A stretch of DNA of 64,000 nucleotides from an uncultured Candidatus Saccharibacteria bacterium. GTDB taxonomy: Bacteria > Patescibacteriota > Minisyncoccia > Phycocordibacterales > UBA918. The notes beneath the pieces are model-generated. The model had not been told where the DNA came from. It worked only from the letters and a program-made list of their open reading frames with translations, and ran no database searches. Shown here piece after piece: positions 10,359-20,406 of the stretch (its first letter is position 1; the number at the start of each line of letters is the position of its first letter). The DNA lies in the NCBI GenBank assembly GCA_964353135.1, contig CAYGTV010000001.1, forward strand, positions 87,138-151,137, given 5' to 3'. The position numbers and the translations under genes were made by a program.

Positions 10359-10928
10359 TTAGTGAATCATTTCGTCTGGAGTAACGTGCAGTGCACGCAT
10401 TCGGGCGTCCATAGCTTTTTGAATAGTTGCTTGGAGTCCTCTTGGGTCGGGTAGCCCGCTTGAATTAAAGTTGCTTTCGTGTGCGCCAGCAGTTTGGGCT
10501 TTGAGCGTTCCAAAATTGAGTAGAGTAGGGATAATGCCTTTGATTTTATATTCGATATCTTGCATCCGTTCGAGTCGAAATACACTCACATTCCGACTAA
10601 AGAAATGAATCTGGTCAACCAAAATAATCCGTCGGTCAGTAACTATCCAGAGGTCCAGGTAGTAGTGAGTCCAGATGGTGAACCCTCCCATCAGTGATAG
10701 TAGTAACCAGGCCGCCATCCCGAAGCCAATCAGGTTCGCAAACTGATACAGGTCAACGCCCATCGTGGCAAATGTTTGGTTAAATATTAAAAAGCCTGCT
10801 AGTGCAAAAAACGGCAGTATAATCAAAAGGAAAATCCCAAACAATTCAGTCAAGATCACAAACCAGTGTTTTCGAACCATGATCAGCACTTTCTCATCTG
10901 GCTCCATCTGAATTTTTTCGAACAACAT
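10359..10928 (-). CDS. membrane protein with a bacterial PH domain (bPH_2/YdbT-like)
   Basis: Two N-terminal TM helices followed by a ~100-aa domain of the pattern seen in DUF304/bPH_2. Confidence 0.5.
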   Translation of the reverse strand: MLFEKIQMEPDEKVLIMVRKHWFVILTELFGIFLLIILPFFALAGFLIFNQTFATMGVDLYQFANLIGFGMAAWLLLSLMGGFTIWTHYYLDLWIVTDRRIILVDQIHFFSRNVSVFRLERMQDIEYKIKGIIPTLLNFGTLKAQTAGAHESNFNSSGLPDPRGLQATIQKAMDARMRALHVTPDEMIH

Positions 10929-10929
10929 A

Positions 10930-11172
10930 TTAAAAAGAAAAAGTTAAAGCTGCCATTATTAAAATAAGTGGAACCGTGGTCAGCCCATAGGTGACAAGCG
11001 TTAGTCCGGTGACGGCTTTGTTTGTTCCGTACTGAGTCCAGTGATAATACAATATAACTGAATATATGATGTATATGAGTGCTGCGATGTAAAACAAAAG
11101 GGTAATGATGTCAGCCAGGGGCATAAAGCCACCTAGAGAATCAGTGAGCTGTACTGGTGATTGTCCGTTCAT
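10930..11172 (-). CDS. small membrane protein (2 TM)
   Basis: An 80-aa hydrophobic ORF, apparently translationally coupled to the downstream gene. Confidence 0.35.
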   Translation of the reverse strand: MNGQSPVQLTDSLGGFMPLADIITLLFYIAALIYIIYSVILYYHWTQYGTNKAVTGLTLVTYGLTTVPLILIMAALTFSF

Positions 11173-11177
11173 AGGTA

Positions 11178-11954
11178 TTATTGTAGCACTAGGATTGAGT
11201 AACGTAGGACACTGTATTGATCAGGATGACTAGTGCAACTGAACCCGTACTGCTCAGCTAGTTTGGCTATACCGTTTACTTGTTCTGGTTCGTGTTCAAT
11301 CCAAAGCTGACCATTGACAGTCAGGTGGCCTGCGGCCGAGCTGAACAATTGTTCAATTACTTCTAGACCGTCAGTTCCACCATAGAGCGCGAGGTGGGGT
11401 TCATGAGACTTAACCGAGTCGGTCGCACGATCAATGGCTGGGTCGATGTAAGGAGGATTGCTTAAAATAAAGTCGTACGTAGCTCCAGCCGGAATTTGTT
11501 CAAATAGGTTTGAGTGATAGATGTTGTACCGCTCTTGTTCAATAGTATTCTCAGCACAATTCTTGGCAATAGTTGGAATCAAGCGTTTACTAAGTTCTCC
11601 AAAATCAACCCGGGCAGCTAGTACAGCTTTAGCGACCGCTACTCCAATACAGCCACTCCCGGCGCAGAGATCGAGGATACGAGGCGCCTGTGCTGCTGAG
11701 TTGTCGAGGCTGGGTTGCATCACACTACTCATTTTAATAGCAGCAATCGCTTTTTCTACCCAAAACTCAGTTTCAACCCGCGGGATCAGCGGCTGGTTAT
11801 CTAGGTGGATGGTACAGTCCAAAAAGGGAACATGGCCAATCAGATACCCCAGTGGGGTACCAAGCGCCAACGCTTTGCAGTCAGCGTAAAAAGCCTCAGA
11901 TTTTTCACCCTGGTATTTCTCCTGAAGCAGCCACTGTTCTTCTTGACTTTTCAT
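11178..11954 (-). CDS. prmC: release-factor glutamine N5-methyltransferase
   Basis: NPPY motif (ILSNPPYID) and SAM motif I LDLCAGSGCIG. Confidence 0.75.
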   Translation of the reverse strand: MKSQEEQWLLQEKYQGEKSEAFYADCKALALGTPLGYLIGHVPFLDCTIHLDNQPLIPRVETEFWVEKAIAAIKMSSVMQPSLDNSAAQAPRILDLCAGSGCIGVAVAKAVLAARVDFGELSKRLIPTIAKNCAENTIEQERYNIYHSNLFEQIPAGATYDFILSNPPYIDPAIDRATDSVKSHEPHLALYGGTDGLEVIEQLFSSAAGHLTVNGQLWIEHEPEQVNGIAKLAEQYGFSCTSHPDQYSVLRYSILVLQ

Positions 11955-12006
11955 ATGATCTGTCTACTATGCAAGATGAAACTGCTATGGTCAAGGAGGA
12001 TGTAGC

Positions 12007-12327
12007 ATGACAGAAGATAAGCTCTCTCAGCTTTTGAAAGAATGCTTGGCAGATGAGTTCATGCGGGAGATTCTTTTCGCGCTAGAATTGGGTCAAAGTT
12101 TGACTGAGTATGCTGCGGAGTCAAAACGAGACTTGGGCAACATATCGAAAAAACTCAAGCGGCTTCAAGAAAAGCTGGCTATACGTCTTACCGAATCAGT
12201 TGGTCGCAGGCTCGTCTTAAATGAAGCCGGGAAAGCATTGGCCGGTTCGGCTCATATCTTCGAAGATGCACTGAACGATATCGTCTATGATCTTTGTGAT
12301 AATAAACATTTCAGCACAGGGGACTGA
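12007..12327 (+). CDS. small hypothetical protein, possible wHTH regulator
   Basis: 106 aa, helical, with a good RBS (aggaggatgtagcATG). Confidence 0.4.
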   Translation: MTEDKLSQLLKECLADEFMREILFALELGQSLTEYAAESKRDLGNISKKLKRLQEKLAIRLTESVGRRLVLNEAGKALAGSAHIFEDALNDIVYDLCDNKHFSTGD

Positions 12328-12332
12328 ATGAA

Positions 12333-12366
12333 GGGCCTCGCGGTAAAAACCGCGTGGCCTTTCTTG
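12333..12366 (+). terminator. intrinsic terminator
   Basis: GGGCCTCGCGG-taaaaa-CCGCGTGGCC (one mismatch) followed by TTTCTTG. Confidence 0.45.
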
Positions 12367-12564
12367 TATTCCTGAGTATGTAGCTTGAAGGTCTCAACAT
12401 TTAGGTCAGCACAAATATTACAATCTATCGAAAAAATAGCCTAGCCTCTAGTTCGTCCTGTTTCTGTTAGTATTGACTTTTAATTTTATTAATTGCATTA
12501 TGCTGGCGGAGCAGTATTCATACTGCTGAGCAATGTAATCAAAAACAGAATCGAGGAGAGCAGA

Positions 12565-14088
12565 ATGCTAGATTCAATAGAACTAAGTATTGCAGCAGCT
12601 ATGAGGCAGTTGGGATATGAAGATTTCAAATCAGACGCGCAGCGTCAGATGATTGAGGCTGCCACAGCTGGAAAAGATGTGCTCAGCATCATGCCGACAG
12701 GTGGTGGTAAAACAGCCGGTGCTATTGTGCCAGCAATTGTGCATGGTTGGGTGGTATTGGTGGTTTCACCGCTGAAATCGCTGATGGCTGACCAGTGCGG
12801 CGGTCTCGACGAAATGGGTATACCGGCGTTTATGCTGACGGGTGATCAAACTGAACAGGAAAAGAACGACGTTCGTAGCTCACTACGGAATCTCGCTTCG
12901 GGTCCGGCGTTTTTGTTTGTTTCTCCTGAAATGGCTGAAACAGCTACATTTCATCAGAAGTGGGTCAAAGACATTGAATTCAACCTTTTGTTTGTTGATG
13001 AGGTGCACTGCGTCAGTGTATGGGGAAACTCGTTTCGGAAAAAGTATCAACGAATCCGTTCAATTTGGACTAAGTTGAAAAAGCCACAAATTGTGGCGGC
13101 TTCCGCGACAGCTGATCCTCATATTTTGGCTGATATCATGAGTAGAGTTCCTTTTCGCAAAAAGCATCTTGTTGAAGTTTATGACGACCCTATTCGTAAT
13201 AACCTTCATTTGTTAATCGAGCAGCCGACGGTTGGTCTTAAGACGCAAAACTCGAAGCGACGCTGGGCAATCGATAGGCTTAAGCAGGTTGTAATGGATG
13301 ACCGAATGCCAACTCACGGCACTACCATCATCTATTGCACCCGGACTAGCGAAACAGAACTGTTGTTCTCTGAGTTGGTTGATCAAGCTGAGGAGTGTGG
13401 ATTTACACCCGCGCTCTATCATTCGAAACTTGATCCAGAGCATAAGGCTGCTTCTATGCGGATCTTTAAAACCGCACAGAAACCTCTGATTATCGCAACT
13501 TCTGCTTTTGGGATGGGGGTCGATCGGGCTGATGTTCGACTGATTGCGCACTACGGTCCGCCGCCTGATTTGGTTGAATTTGCACAGCAAATCGGCCGCG
13601 CTGGGCGGGATGGTTTATCGGCATATTGTCTGACTCTGTATCTTGATTGGATGGTTGATCGTTCAGTTCGGGCAGAAGTGCGAGAGCTTCCGGATCTTGC
13701 TCTGGTTGAGCAAACATACATTCGCTTGCTCAGAAATTGGCGTGATTGTCAGGAACGCCAGGAGAGTCGGTTCAATCTCGACTCATTCAATCGTATGTAT
13801 GAGCAATGGATTCAAAGTCGTGAAAACGTCTTTGATCCAGAGCGACGAATCGCCTTGCGAGAACAGTCAGTCGACATCCTGCAACGGCTCGGGTACATAC
13901 AAATTGATGGCCCGTATGTTTATGGTGTTAAGCAGATGCAGTTTGGTACTGAGACACATGAAAAGCTGATCGAGCTGACCGGTATGTATGCTCGCCGGGC
14001 AGAGCGCAACGCAAAGCGTGTCAAAGCGTTCTTTACTGCAGACGCTCCTGATCAAAATTTGCTGTTTGAGTCAATTCAAGCAGACTGA
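12565..14088 (+). CDS. recQ: RecQ-family ATP-dependent DNA helicase (short form)
   Basis: Walker A PTGGGKT, DEVH box (FVDEVHCVS) and motif VI QQIGRAGRDG. The start was chosen at the ATG at 12565, preceded by GAGGAGAG. A possible TTGACT-N17-CATTAT promoter lies at 12473. Confidence 0.8.
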   Translation: MLDSIELSIAAAMRQLGYEDFKSDAQRQMIEAATAGKDVLSIMPTGGGKTAGAIVPAIVHGWVVLVVSPLKSLMADQCGGLDEMGIPAFMLTGDQTEQEKNDVRSSLRNLASGPAFLFVSPEMAETATFHQKWVKDIEFNLLFVDEVHCVSVWGNSFRKKYQRIRSIWTKLKKPQIVAASATADPHILADIMSRVPFRKKHLVEVYDDPIRNNLHLLIEQPTVGLKTQNSKRRWAIDRLKQVVMDDRMPTHGTTIIYCTRTSETELLFSELVDQAEECGFTPALYHSKLDPEHKAASMRIFKTAQKPLIIATSAFGMGVDRADVRLIAHYGPPPDLVEFAQQIGRAGRDGLSAYCLTLYLDWMVDRSVRAEVRELPDLALVEQTYIRLLRNWRDCQERQESRFNLDSFNRMYEQWIQSRENVFDPERRIALREQSVDILQRLGYIQIDGPYVYGVKQMQFGTETHEKLIELTGMYARRAERNAKRVKAFFTADAPDQNLLFESIQAD

Positions 14089-14146
14089 TAATAAAGGCGG
14101 CCGTGTAACCATGGCCGCCTTTTCGATTAGGTGTATACTGACAAGT

Positions 14147-14893
14147 ATGAGTACACCAATGCTAGAAATTAAAAACCTGACCAAGGTTTATGGAAAAGGA
14201 AAAGATGCAAAAGTAGCAGTTGATAATATCTCGCTCAACGTTGAGCGTGGGGCGTTTTACGGGCTGCTTGGGCCAAACGGAGCGGGGAAGTCGACCACCA
14301 TTCACTGTATTACCGGTATTGCCCAGCCAACTAGTGGACAGATTTTGGTTGATGGGACTGACGTAGTGGCTGATTACCGAACCGCTAGAACAAAAGTGGG
14401 GCTTTCACCACAGGAATTCAACGTTGATATTTTCGCGACACCAGCACAGCTGATGGACTATATGGGTGGGTACTACAAAATCTCGAAAGCTACCCGGGAC
14501 GAGCGAATCGAACAACTCATCGAGCGGTTCGACCTACAGGAACACCGCGATGTGAAATTCCAGAAATTATCAGGTGGACTGAAACGTCGAGCAATGTTGG
14601 GGCGGGCGTTGGTGCATACTCCGGACCTGTTGATTCTCGATGAGCCAACCGCTGGAGTTGACGTCGAACAGCGCAAAGACCTCTGGGCGTACCTCAAAGA
14701 AATGAACGAACGAGGAAAAACTATTATTCTGACATCACACTACCTCGAAGAGATTCAATATCTCTGCAAGGAAATTGCGATTATTAATCACGGAAAAATT
14801 GTGGCACAAGGTACCAAAGCTGACTTTATGAAAGACGGTAAATCAGTCGAAGACACCTATCTAAGTATTATTGGTAAAGATAATCACAAATAA
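14147..14893 (+). CDS. ABC transporter ATP-binding protein
   Basis: Walker A GPNGAGKST, ABC signature LSGGLKRR and Walker B LLILDEPT. The start at 14147 (MSTPMLEIKNL) was chosen inside the longer ORF-track ORF. Confidence 0.8.
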   Translation: MSTPMLEIKNLTKVYGKGKDAKVAVDNISLNVERGAFYGLLGPNGAGKSTTIHCITGIAQPTSGQILVDGTDVVADYRTARTKVGLSPQEFNVDIFATPAQLMDYMGGYYKISKATRDERIEQLIERFDLQEHRDVKFQKLSGGLKRRAMLGRALVHTPDLLILDEPTAGVDVEQRKDLWAYLKEMNERGKTIILTSHYLEEIQYLCKEIAIINHGKIVAQGTKADFMKDGKSVEDTYLSIIGKDNHK

Positions 14894-14895
14894 TT

Positions 14896-15657
14896 ATGAA
14901 CACAATCGGACTATATACCATGTTTCGTCGCGAGGTCACCAGGACCATGCGCGTAGCAATCCAGACCCTGGTCGCGCCAGTGGTGTCAGCTGCGCTCTAC
15001 ATATTTATTTTTGGAACGGTAATTGGAACCAAGATCGAAGATTTTGCGGGTGTGCCGTACATCAGCTTTGTTTTTCCGGGAATTCTGATGCTTTCGATTA
15101 TCAATGCGTCGTTTGCTAGTGCGTCTTCGTCACTATATTTTATGCGCTTTACACGTGGGATTGAAGAAATTCTGATTGCCCCGTTTTCATACCTCGAAAT
15201 GCTGCTCGGGTTTGTAGGGAGTGCGATAGTCCGCGCGCTGATGGTGGCTGGTTTGATTCTGTGTGTTGGGCTCGCATTTGGTGCAGTACAGCTCGTGAAC
15301 CCACTTGCGTTTGTGGGCTATGTGTCAGCCATTGCAGCGATCTTTGCCATGTTGGGAATCATTGTGGCACTCTGGGCTGAAGGGTTTGAACAGCTGCAGG
15401 CACTCAACACATTTGTGATTACACCACTGACGTACCTCGGCGGTATTTTCTACAGTATCACCATGCTGCCACCACTAGCAGCCAGTATCACTCAGTTCAA
15501 CCCATTCTTTTATTTTGCTGATGGTATTCGTAGCAGTATGATCGGGTATAGTGAAGCCAATTCACTAGTTGGACTAATCGTGATTGTCGGTCTGGTGGTA
15601 TGCTTTGGTGCTCTGGTCACACATCTATTCAGAATTGGCTGGAAGATTCGGTCTTAG
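14896..15657 (+). CDS. ABC-2 type transporter permease
   Basis: A 6-TM profile immediately downstream of the ATPase. Confidence 0.7.
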   Translation: MNTIGLYTMFRREVTRTMRVAIQTLVAPVVSAALYIFIFGTVIGTKIEDFAGVPYISFVFPGILMLSIINASFASASSSLYFMRFTRGIEEILIAPFSYLEMLLGFVGSAIVRALMVAGLILCVGLAFGAVQLVNPLAFVGYVSAIAAIFAMLGIIVALWAEGFEQLQALNTFVITPLTYLGGIFYSITMLPPLAASITQFNPFFYFADGIRSSMIGYSEANSLVGLIVIVGLVVCFGALVTHLFRIGWKIRS

Positions 15658-15727
15658 AAACATAAAGTGAAAGTTGCACACAGCGCGGCGCCCTATGGGC
15701 GCTGCTCTTTGTTACAATCTAGGTAGT

Positions 15728-16729
15728 ATGAAATCAAACACTAAACTATATGAAACCGCGGCAGCTTTGCTTGCTGGTGGAAAGGGAATTCTAGCCGCTG
15801 ATGAGAGTGATGGGACAGCAGGGAAGCGGCTCGACCAGGTACGGCTCGAAAATACACCAGAAAATCGACAAGATTTCCGAGAGATTCTTTTTACTGCTGA
15901 TGGAATTGAGCAGTACATTTCAGGTGTCATTATGTATGACTCCTCAATCCGCAATACCACTGACGACGGAACTCCGTTTCCAGATGTGTTGATCGCCAAA
16001 GGGATCATTCCAGGGATCAAGGTAGATACTGGTGCCAAGGATTTTGAAGGCTTTAAAGGGGAGCAGATGACCCAAGGGCTAGATGATTTGTCTACTCGGT
16101 TTGAGGAATACTACGCCATGGGAGCGCGGTTCGCTAAATGGCGGATGGTTATAAACATTGATGGTGAAGAGCTTCCAACTGAACAAGCAATCGAAATGAA
16201 TACAGTTATGATGGCTCGCTACGCTCAGCTAGCTCAAGCAGCTGGGATAGTTCCAATTGTAGAGCCTGAGGTTATCCATGCTGGTGACCATTCACTCGAA
16301 CGAGCGGAGATGGTGACTACAACTGTGTTGCAAATACTGTTTCAACAATTGATGTATTACAAGGTTGATCTAGCGGGGCTGATCCTTAAATCATCGATGG
16401 TATTAGCCGGCGACAAATACTCAGAACAAACGTCAGCAGCGGAAGTGGCTCAAGCAACCCTCCGCACCTTCCACATGAGTGTGCCACATGAGACAGCTGG
16501 AATTGTATTTCTTTCAGGCGGACAAACTCCAGAGCGATCAACTGAAAACCTCAACGCCATCGCCAAGATGGGGCCACAACCGTGGCCGATCACGTTCTCG
16601 TTCTCACGAGCGCTTGAAAATGTAGTTCTCGACGCTTGGGGAGGAAAGAAAGAAAACGAAGAGGCTGCCAAGACCGCACTGTTTGAAGTTGTAAAGAAAA
16701 ATAGTGCAGCTAGTTTGGGGCAGCTATAG
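15728..16729 (+). CDS. fba: fructose-bisphosphate aldolase, class I
   Basis: GILAADES motif near the N-terminus. The protein is ~334 aa from the ATG at 15728. Confidence 0.8.
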   Translation: MKSNTKLYETAAALLAGGKGILAADESDGTAGKRLDQVRLENTPENRQDFREILFTADGIEQYISGVIMYDSSIRNTTDDGTPFPDVLIAKGIIPGIKVDTGAKDFEGFKGEQMTQGLDDLSTRFEEYYAMGARFAKWRMVINIDGEELPTEQAIEMNTVMMARYAQLAQAAGIVPIVEPEVIHAGDHSLERAEMVTTTVLQILFQQLMYYKVDLAGLILKSSMVLAGDKYSEQTSAAEVAQATLRTFHMSVPHETAGIVFLSGGQTPERSTENLNAIAKMGPQPWPITFSFSRALENVVLDAWGGKKENEEAAKTALFEVVKKNSAASLGQL

Positions 16730-16744
16730 TCAACACAAAAACAA

Positions 16745-16778
16745 AAACACCTCGCGACTGCGAGGTGTTTTTGTTTTA
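16745..16778. terminator. bidirectional intrinsic terminator
   Basis: ACACCTCGC-gact-GCGAGGTGT flanked by an A-run and a T-run, between convergent fba and rpmG. Confidence 0.6.
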
Positions 16779-16977
16779 GCAATTCGCTTACAAAGAGGCG
16801 CTATCACCAACATCAAAGCTATAGAGTTCGAGTTCCAGGGAATGACCAAATTTTTAATGACTGAAAGGAATATAGAAATGGAAATACTCTTGTGGTACTC
16901 CCTCGGTAGGTCGAATCCGGAACAAAGTGAAAACAAGCCCCTTACGGGACTTGTTTTCACTCTTTAGGAGAGAGTAC

Positions 16978-17157
16978 TTACTTCTTCTGAGTATAAACCG
17001 TGTGCTTTTTAGCAACTGGGTTGAACTTTGAGACTTCGTATTTCTTGCTCGGGTCTTTTTTGTTTTTGTTGTTAAACCGTGTGTAGTACACGTGACCTTT
17101 GCCGACGCCGTTTTCGTCGCCTTTTGAAACCAATTTGATGAGTAAATCCTGTGACAT
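16978..17157 (-). CDS. rpmG: 50S ribosomal protein L33 (zinc-less type)
   Basis: Manual translation gives MSQDLLIKLVSKGDENGVGKGHVYYTRFNNKNKKDPSKKYEVSKFNPVAKKHTVYTQKK, which matches the L33 pattern (GHFYTT.KNKRN.PEKLELKKFDP..KHV.Y.E.K) without the Cys ligands. At 59 aa it is below the ORF-track cutoff. Confidence 0.6.
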   Translation of the reverse strand: MSQDLLIKLVSKGDENGVGKGHVYYTRFNNKNKKDPSKKYEVSKFNPVAKKHTVYTQKK

Positions 17158-17325
17158 AGTGGCGAAATACTATCAAATGGCTTAGAAATGTCAATCAATT
17201 CATGTTTAGAATGACTAACTAACAGGTCTATCCAATCTAAAAGGGTCATAAGTAAAACCTGCGTGCTATCATGAGGATACTACCGGGCATTTCTGTCTGT
17301 TTTATGTAGCCCGATAGATTTTATA

Positions 17326-18552
17326 ATGAAAGTTTTAACCTTTAGCTGGGAGTACCCTCCAGCCAAAAACGGTGGCCTTGGGGTTGCGTGTTTTGGTTTA
17401 ACTCGAGAGCTACTACACGATGGTGTAGAGGTTATCTTGGTGCTCCCAAAAACCCAAGAAACGCGCGGAAACGCGCGAGTTTTGTTTGCCGATACCGAAC
17501 GCCTGGCTCGGATGAGTGAACATGAGCAGACCTTCCCCGGCCCATATCATCACGCTACAACTATGGTCGATTCTATCATTGGCTACGACGCAACTGGTAA
17601 ACCGATCTATCGCTCACGGACTATTCTGGAAGAAGCTCATCGGTTTGCGCATCAGGCAGCAATTATCGCCAAAATGGAGGATTTTGATATCATCCATGCT
17701 CATGACTGGACATCATACCTGGCTGGTGTAGCCGCAAAAATAGCGTCTGGTAAACAGCTGATCCTGCACGTGCATGCAACATCGTTTGATCAAGCGGCAG
17801 GTGATAATGTCGATCCAAGCATGCTTCAAATCGAACACGAAGGGTTTATGATGGCTGACAAGGTTATCGCTGTGAGTGAATACACCAGGCAGATAGTTAT
17901 CAATAAACACGGTGTTGATCCTGCTAAAGTAGATGTCGTTCATAATGGCTGTGACGCTGAAGAAGTGGTACAGCTAGAACCAACCCTGCAAGCACTCAAG
18001 GATCAAGGAAAGAAGATTGTTCTGTATCATGGCCGGATTAGTATCCAAAAAGGAGTCGATTATTTTGTCCATGCCGCCAGACGCGTTGTCGATGAGGATC
18101 CCAATGTGGTGTTTGTGATCTCTGGCTGGGGTGACATGATGACGCAAGTCATCCACCAGGTTGGTGCGATGGGGTTGTCTGAGCACGTCAGGTTTGCCGG
18201 AGCGACTTGGGAACAAGAGCGGGATCGTCTGTACCAGAGTGTTGATCTGTTTGTGATGCCTTCGGTATCAGAACCATTTGGTCTGGTGCCCCTTGAGGCA
18301 CTCCAGCACGGTACGCCGTCAATTATTACAAAGCAATCAGGTGTGTCAGAGGTGCTCACACACGCCCTCAAGGTGGATTTTTGGGATGTGGACGAGATGG
18401 CTAACCAAATCTTGTCAGCTCTGCGGTACCCAGTACTTGGTGAGCAGATTGTTAAAGAAGGAAGGTTGCAGTTGTTAGGGTTATCATGGCAAAAGGCTGC
18501 CACTAAAATGCATCAGCTATTTCGAAATCTGTTACAATACGCTACATCATAA
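17326..18552 (+). CDS. GT4/GT5-type glycosyltransferase (glycogen-synthase-like)
   Basis: Two Rossmann-like halves and a C-terminal E-x7-E-like motif (EPFGLVPLEALQHG), in an alpha-glucan context. Confidence 0.7.
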   Translation: MKVLTFSWEYPPAKNGGLGVACFGLTRELLHDGVEVILVLPKTQETRGNARVLFADTERLARMSEHEQTFPGPYHHATTMVDSIIGYDATGKPIYRSRTILEEAHRFAHQAAIIAKMEDFDIIHAHDWTSYLAGVAAKIASGKQLILHVHATSFDQAAGDNVDPSMLQIEHEGFMMADKVIAVSEYTRQIVINKHGVDPAKVDVVHNGCDAEEVVQLEPTLQALKDQGKKIVLYHGRISIQKGVDYFVHAARRVVDEDPNVVFVISGWGDMMTQVIHQVGAMGLSEHVRFAGATWEQERDRLYQSVDLFVMPSVSEPFGLVPLEALQHGTPSIITKQSGVSEVLTHALKVDFWDVDEMANQILSALRYPVLGEQIVKEGRLQLLGLSWQKAATKMHQLFRNLLQYATS

Positions 18553-18555
18553 GTT

Positions 18556-19959
18556 ATGCTCACTGTCTGTCCGTATTTCCATGTCCACCAACCGTACCGG
18601 GTAAAAAAATACCGAGTATTTGATATCGGACAAGACACCGAATATTTCAACGACGATTCTGAAACCGACCTAAACAATCGTCGAATTGTAGAAAAGGTTG
18701 CCAACAAATCATACCGTCCAACTAATAAAGTCTTAAAAGAACTGCTCGACAAGCATCCTGAATTCCGGTTTAACCTGTCTTTCTCTGGAACTGCACTCGA
18801 TCAGTTTGAAGCTTACGCCCCAGACGTCCTTGAATCATTTCAGGAGCTAGTAGCGACTGGGCGGGTAGAAATTCTGGCTGACACATACCACCACTCACTG
18901 GCATTTTTCTATTCGGTACCAGAATTCAAACGTCAGGTACAAAAACACGAACGTCGGATCAAGCAACTCTTTGGAGTGAAGCCGCGAGTGTTTCGAAATA
19001 CTGAGTTGTCGTATCGCAATGACCTAGCTAAATGGTGTGAGGATAATGGCTACCTCGGGATAATGGCCGAGGGTTGGGATAAGTACCTTGGGTGGCGCAG
19101 CCCAAACTTTTTATATCAACCGCCAGGTTGCAAGAAAATAAAAATCCTGCTCAAAAACTACAAGCTCTCTGACGACATTGCCTTTCGATTTGGAAACAAA
19201 GAGTGGGACAGTTGGCCACTTTCAGCTGACACGTATGCAAACTGGATTCATTCAAATCATGGTAATGGTGAGACGGTGAACTTGTTTATGGATTACGAAA
19301 GTTTCGGGGAACACCAGTGGGAAGATACGGGGATTTTTGAATTCCTCAAGGCTCTCCCTGAGACACTGCTGCGACACCCAGAAACCAGTTTTAAAACGGC
19401 CACTGAAACAGTCCAGGCGTATGACGTGAAGGGTGAGTACGATGTTCCTGATGTCCTGACCTGGGCTGATACGGATCGCGACCTAACTGCTTGGACTGGT
19501 AACGACATTCAGCGTGATGCGATTGCAGCTACTTATCGGATGGAAGACGCCGTCATGTCTACCGGTAAACGTGACCTGATCGAAAAATGGCGCAAGCTGC
19601 AGACGTCTGACCACTTTTATTATATGTGTACCAAATGGTCTAACGATGGTGATGTGCACGCGTACTTCTCACCGTATGAGTCACCGTACGATGCCTATAT
19701 TGCATTTATGAACGCGTTGTCTGATCTAAAATTGCGAGTGGATCATGCAGTCAAGGAGCGGGCTGAGCGCCTAGACGCAGTGGCAGAAAAAGCTGGTTAT
19801 CAATTACACCAAGCAGAAGAGAAGGTACAGAACGAGGATCCAGAGCCAGAAATTGCTGAGTCTCCAACTAAGGAAAAGGGTGATAGTCGTTTAAAAAACC
19901 TTTGGGATCGCTTGAAATCATTATTCCCGGGATCACGCAGAAACAAGCAAGCAACGTGA
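18556..19959 (+). CDS. glycoside hydrolase family 57 protein
   Basis: N-terminal CPYFHVHQPYR, the hallmark GH57 HQP motif. Confidence 0.75.
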   Translation: MLTVCPYFHVHQPYRVKKYRVFDIGQDTEYFNDDSETDLNNRRIVEKVANKSYRPTNKVLKELLDKHPEFRFNLSFSGTALDQFEAYAPDVLESFQELVATGRVEILADTYHHSLAFFYSVPEFKRQVQKHERRIKQLFGVKPRVFRNTELSYRNDLAKWCEDNGYLGIMAEGWDKYLGWRSPNFLYQPPGCKKIKILLKNYKLSDDIAFRFGNKEWDSWPLSADTYANWIHSNHGNGETVNLFMDYESFGEHQWEDTGIFEFLKALPETLLRHPETSFKTATETVQAYDVKGEYDVPDVLTWADTDRDLTAWTGNDIQRDAIAATYRMEDAVMSTGKRDLIEKWRKLQTSDHFYYMCTKWSNDGDVHAYFSPYESPYDAYIAFMNALSDLKLRVDHAVKERAERLDAVAEKAGYQLHQAEEKVQNEDPEPEIAESPTKEKGDSRLKNLWDRLKSLFPGSRRNKQAT

Positions 19960-19998
19960 TAAAATAAACCCATTAGTACTCAATTGTTCCTAGTTCTT

Positions 19999-20400
19999 AT
20001 GCCTACAAAAAAACCAACAACTAAAAAAGTTAGCAAGAAGACCGTTGCAAAAACAACTGTAAAAAAGCCAACAACTAAAAAAGCGCCGGCGAAAAAGAAG
20101 GTGGCAAAAACAACTGCTATGAAAAAACCAAACAAAGATTTGGTGTTTGCTTCCGACCAAGAATCATTCTGGACAACTGACGGTCAAATCCTCAACAGTT
20201 TGATGGCGCTATCAGAAGCCTTTGGCACCATGGACAAAGGTGTCTACCGATTCCATGCTGAAGGCGACCGAAATGACTTCTCTGTTTGGGTGGAGACAGT
20301 CTTGTGTGACGGTGAGTGCGCGGCAGAGTTAGCTAAAGCAAAAACGCACAAGAGCGCACGCACTATCGTCAACAAACACCTTAAGAATTATTCGAAATAA
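19999..20400 (+). CDS. lysine-rich histone H1-like protein with a C-terminal globular domain
   Basis: N-terminus MPTKKPTTKKVSKKTVAKTTVKKPTTKKAPAKKKVAK. The ATG at 19999 was chosen; the ORF-track TTG at 19984 is also possible. Confidence 0.45.
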   Translation: MPTKKPTTKKVSKKTVAKTTVKKPTTKKAPAKKKVAKTTAMKKPNKDLVFASDQESFWTTDGQILNSLMALSEAFGTMDKGVYRFHAEGDRNDFSVWVETVLCDGECAAELAKAKTHKSARTIVNKHLKNYSK

Positions 20401-20406
20401 TTTCCT

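Noticed and set aside
13988-14146. 5' extension of the ABC ATPase ORF overlapping the recQ 3' end
   Set aside because: Same artefact. The conserved ABC N-terminus starts at MSTPMLEIKNL (14147).
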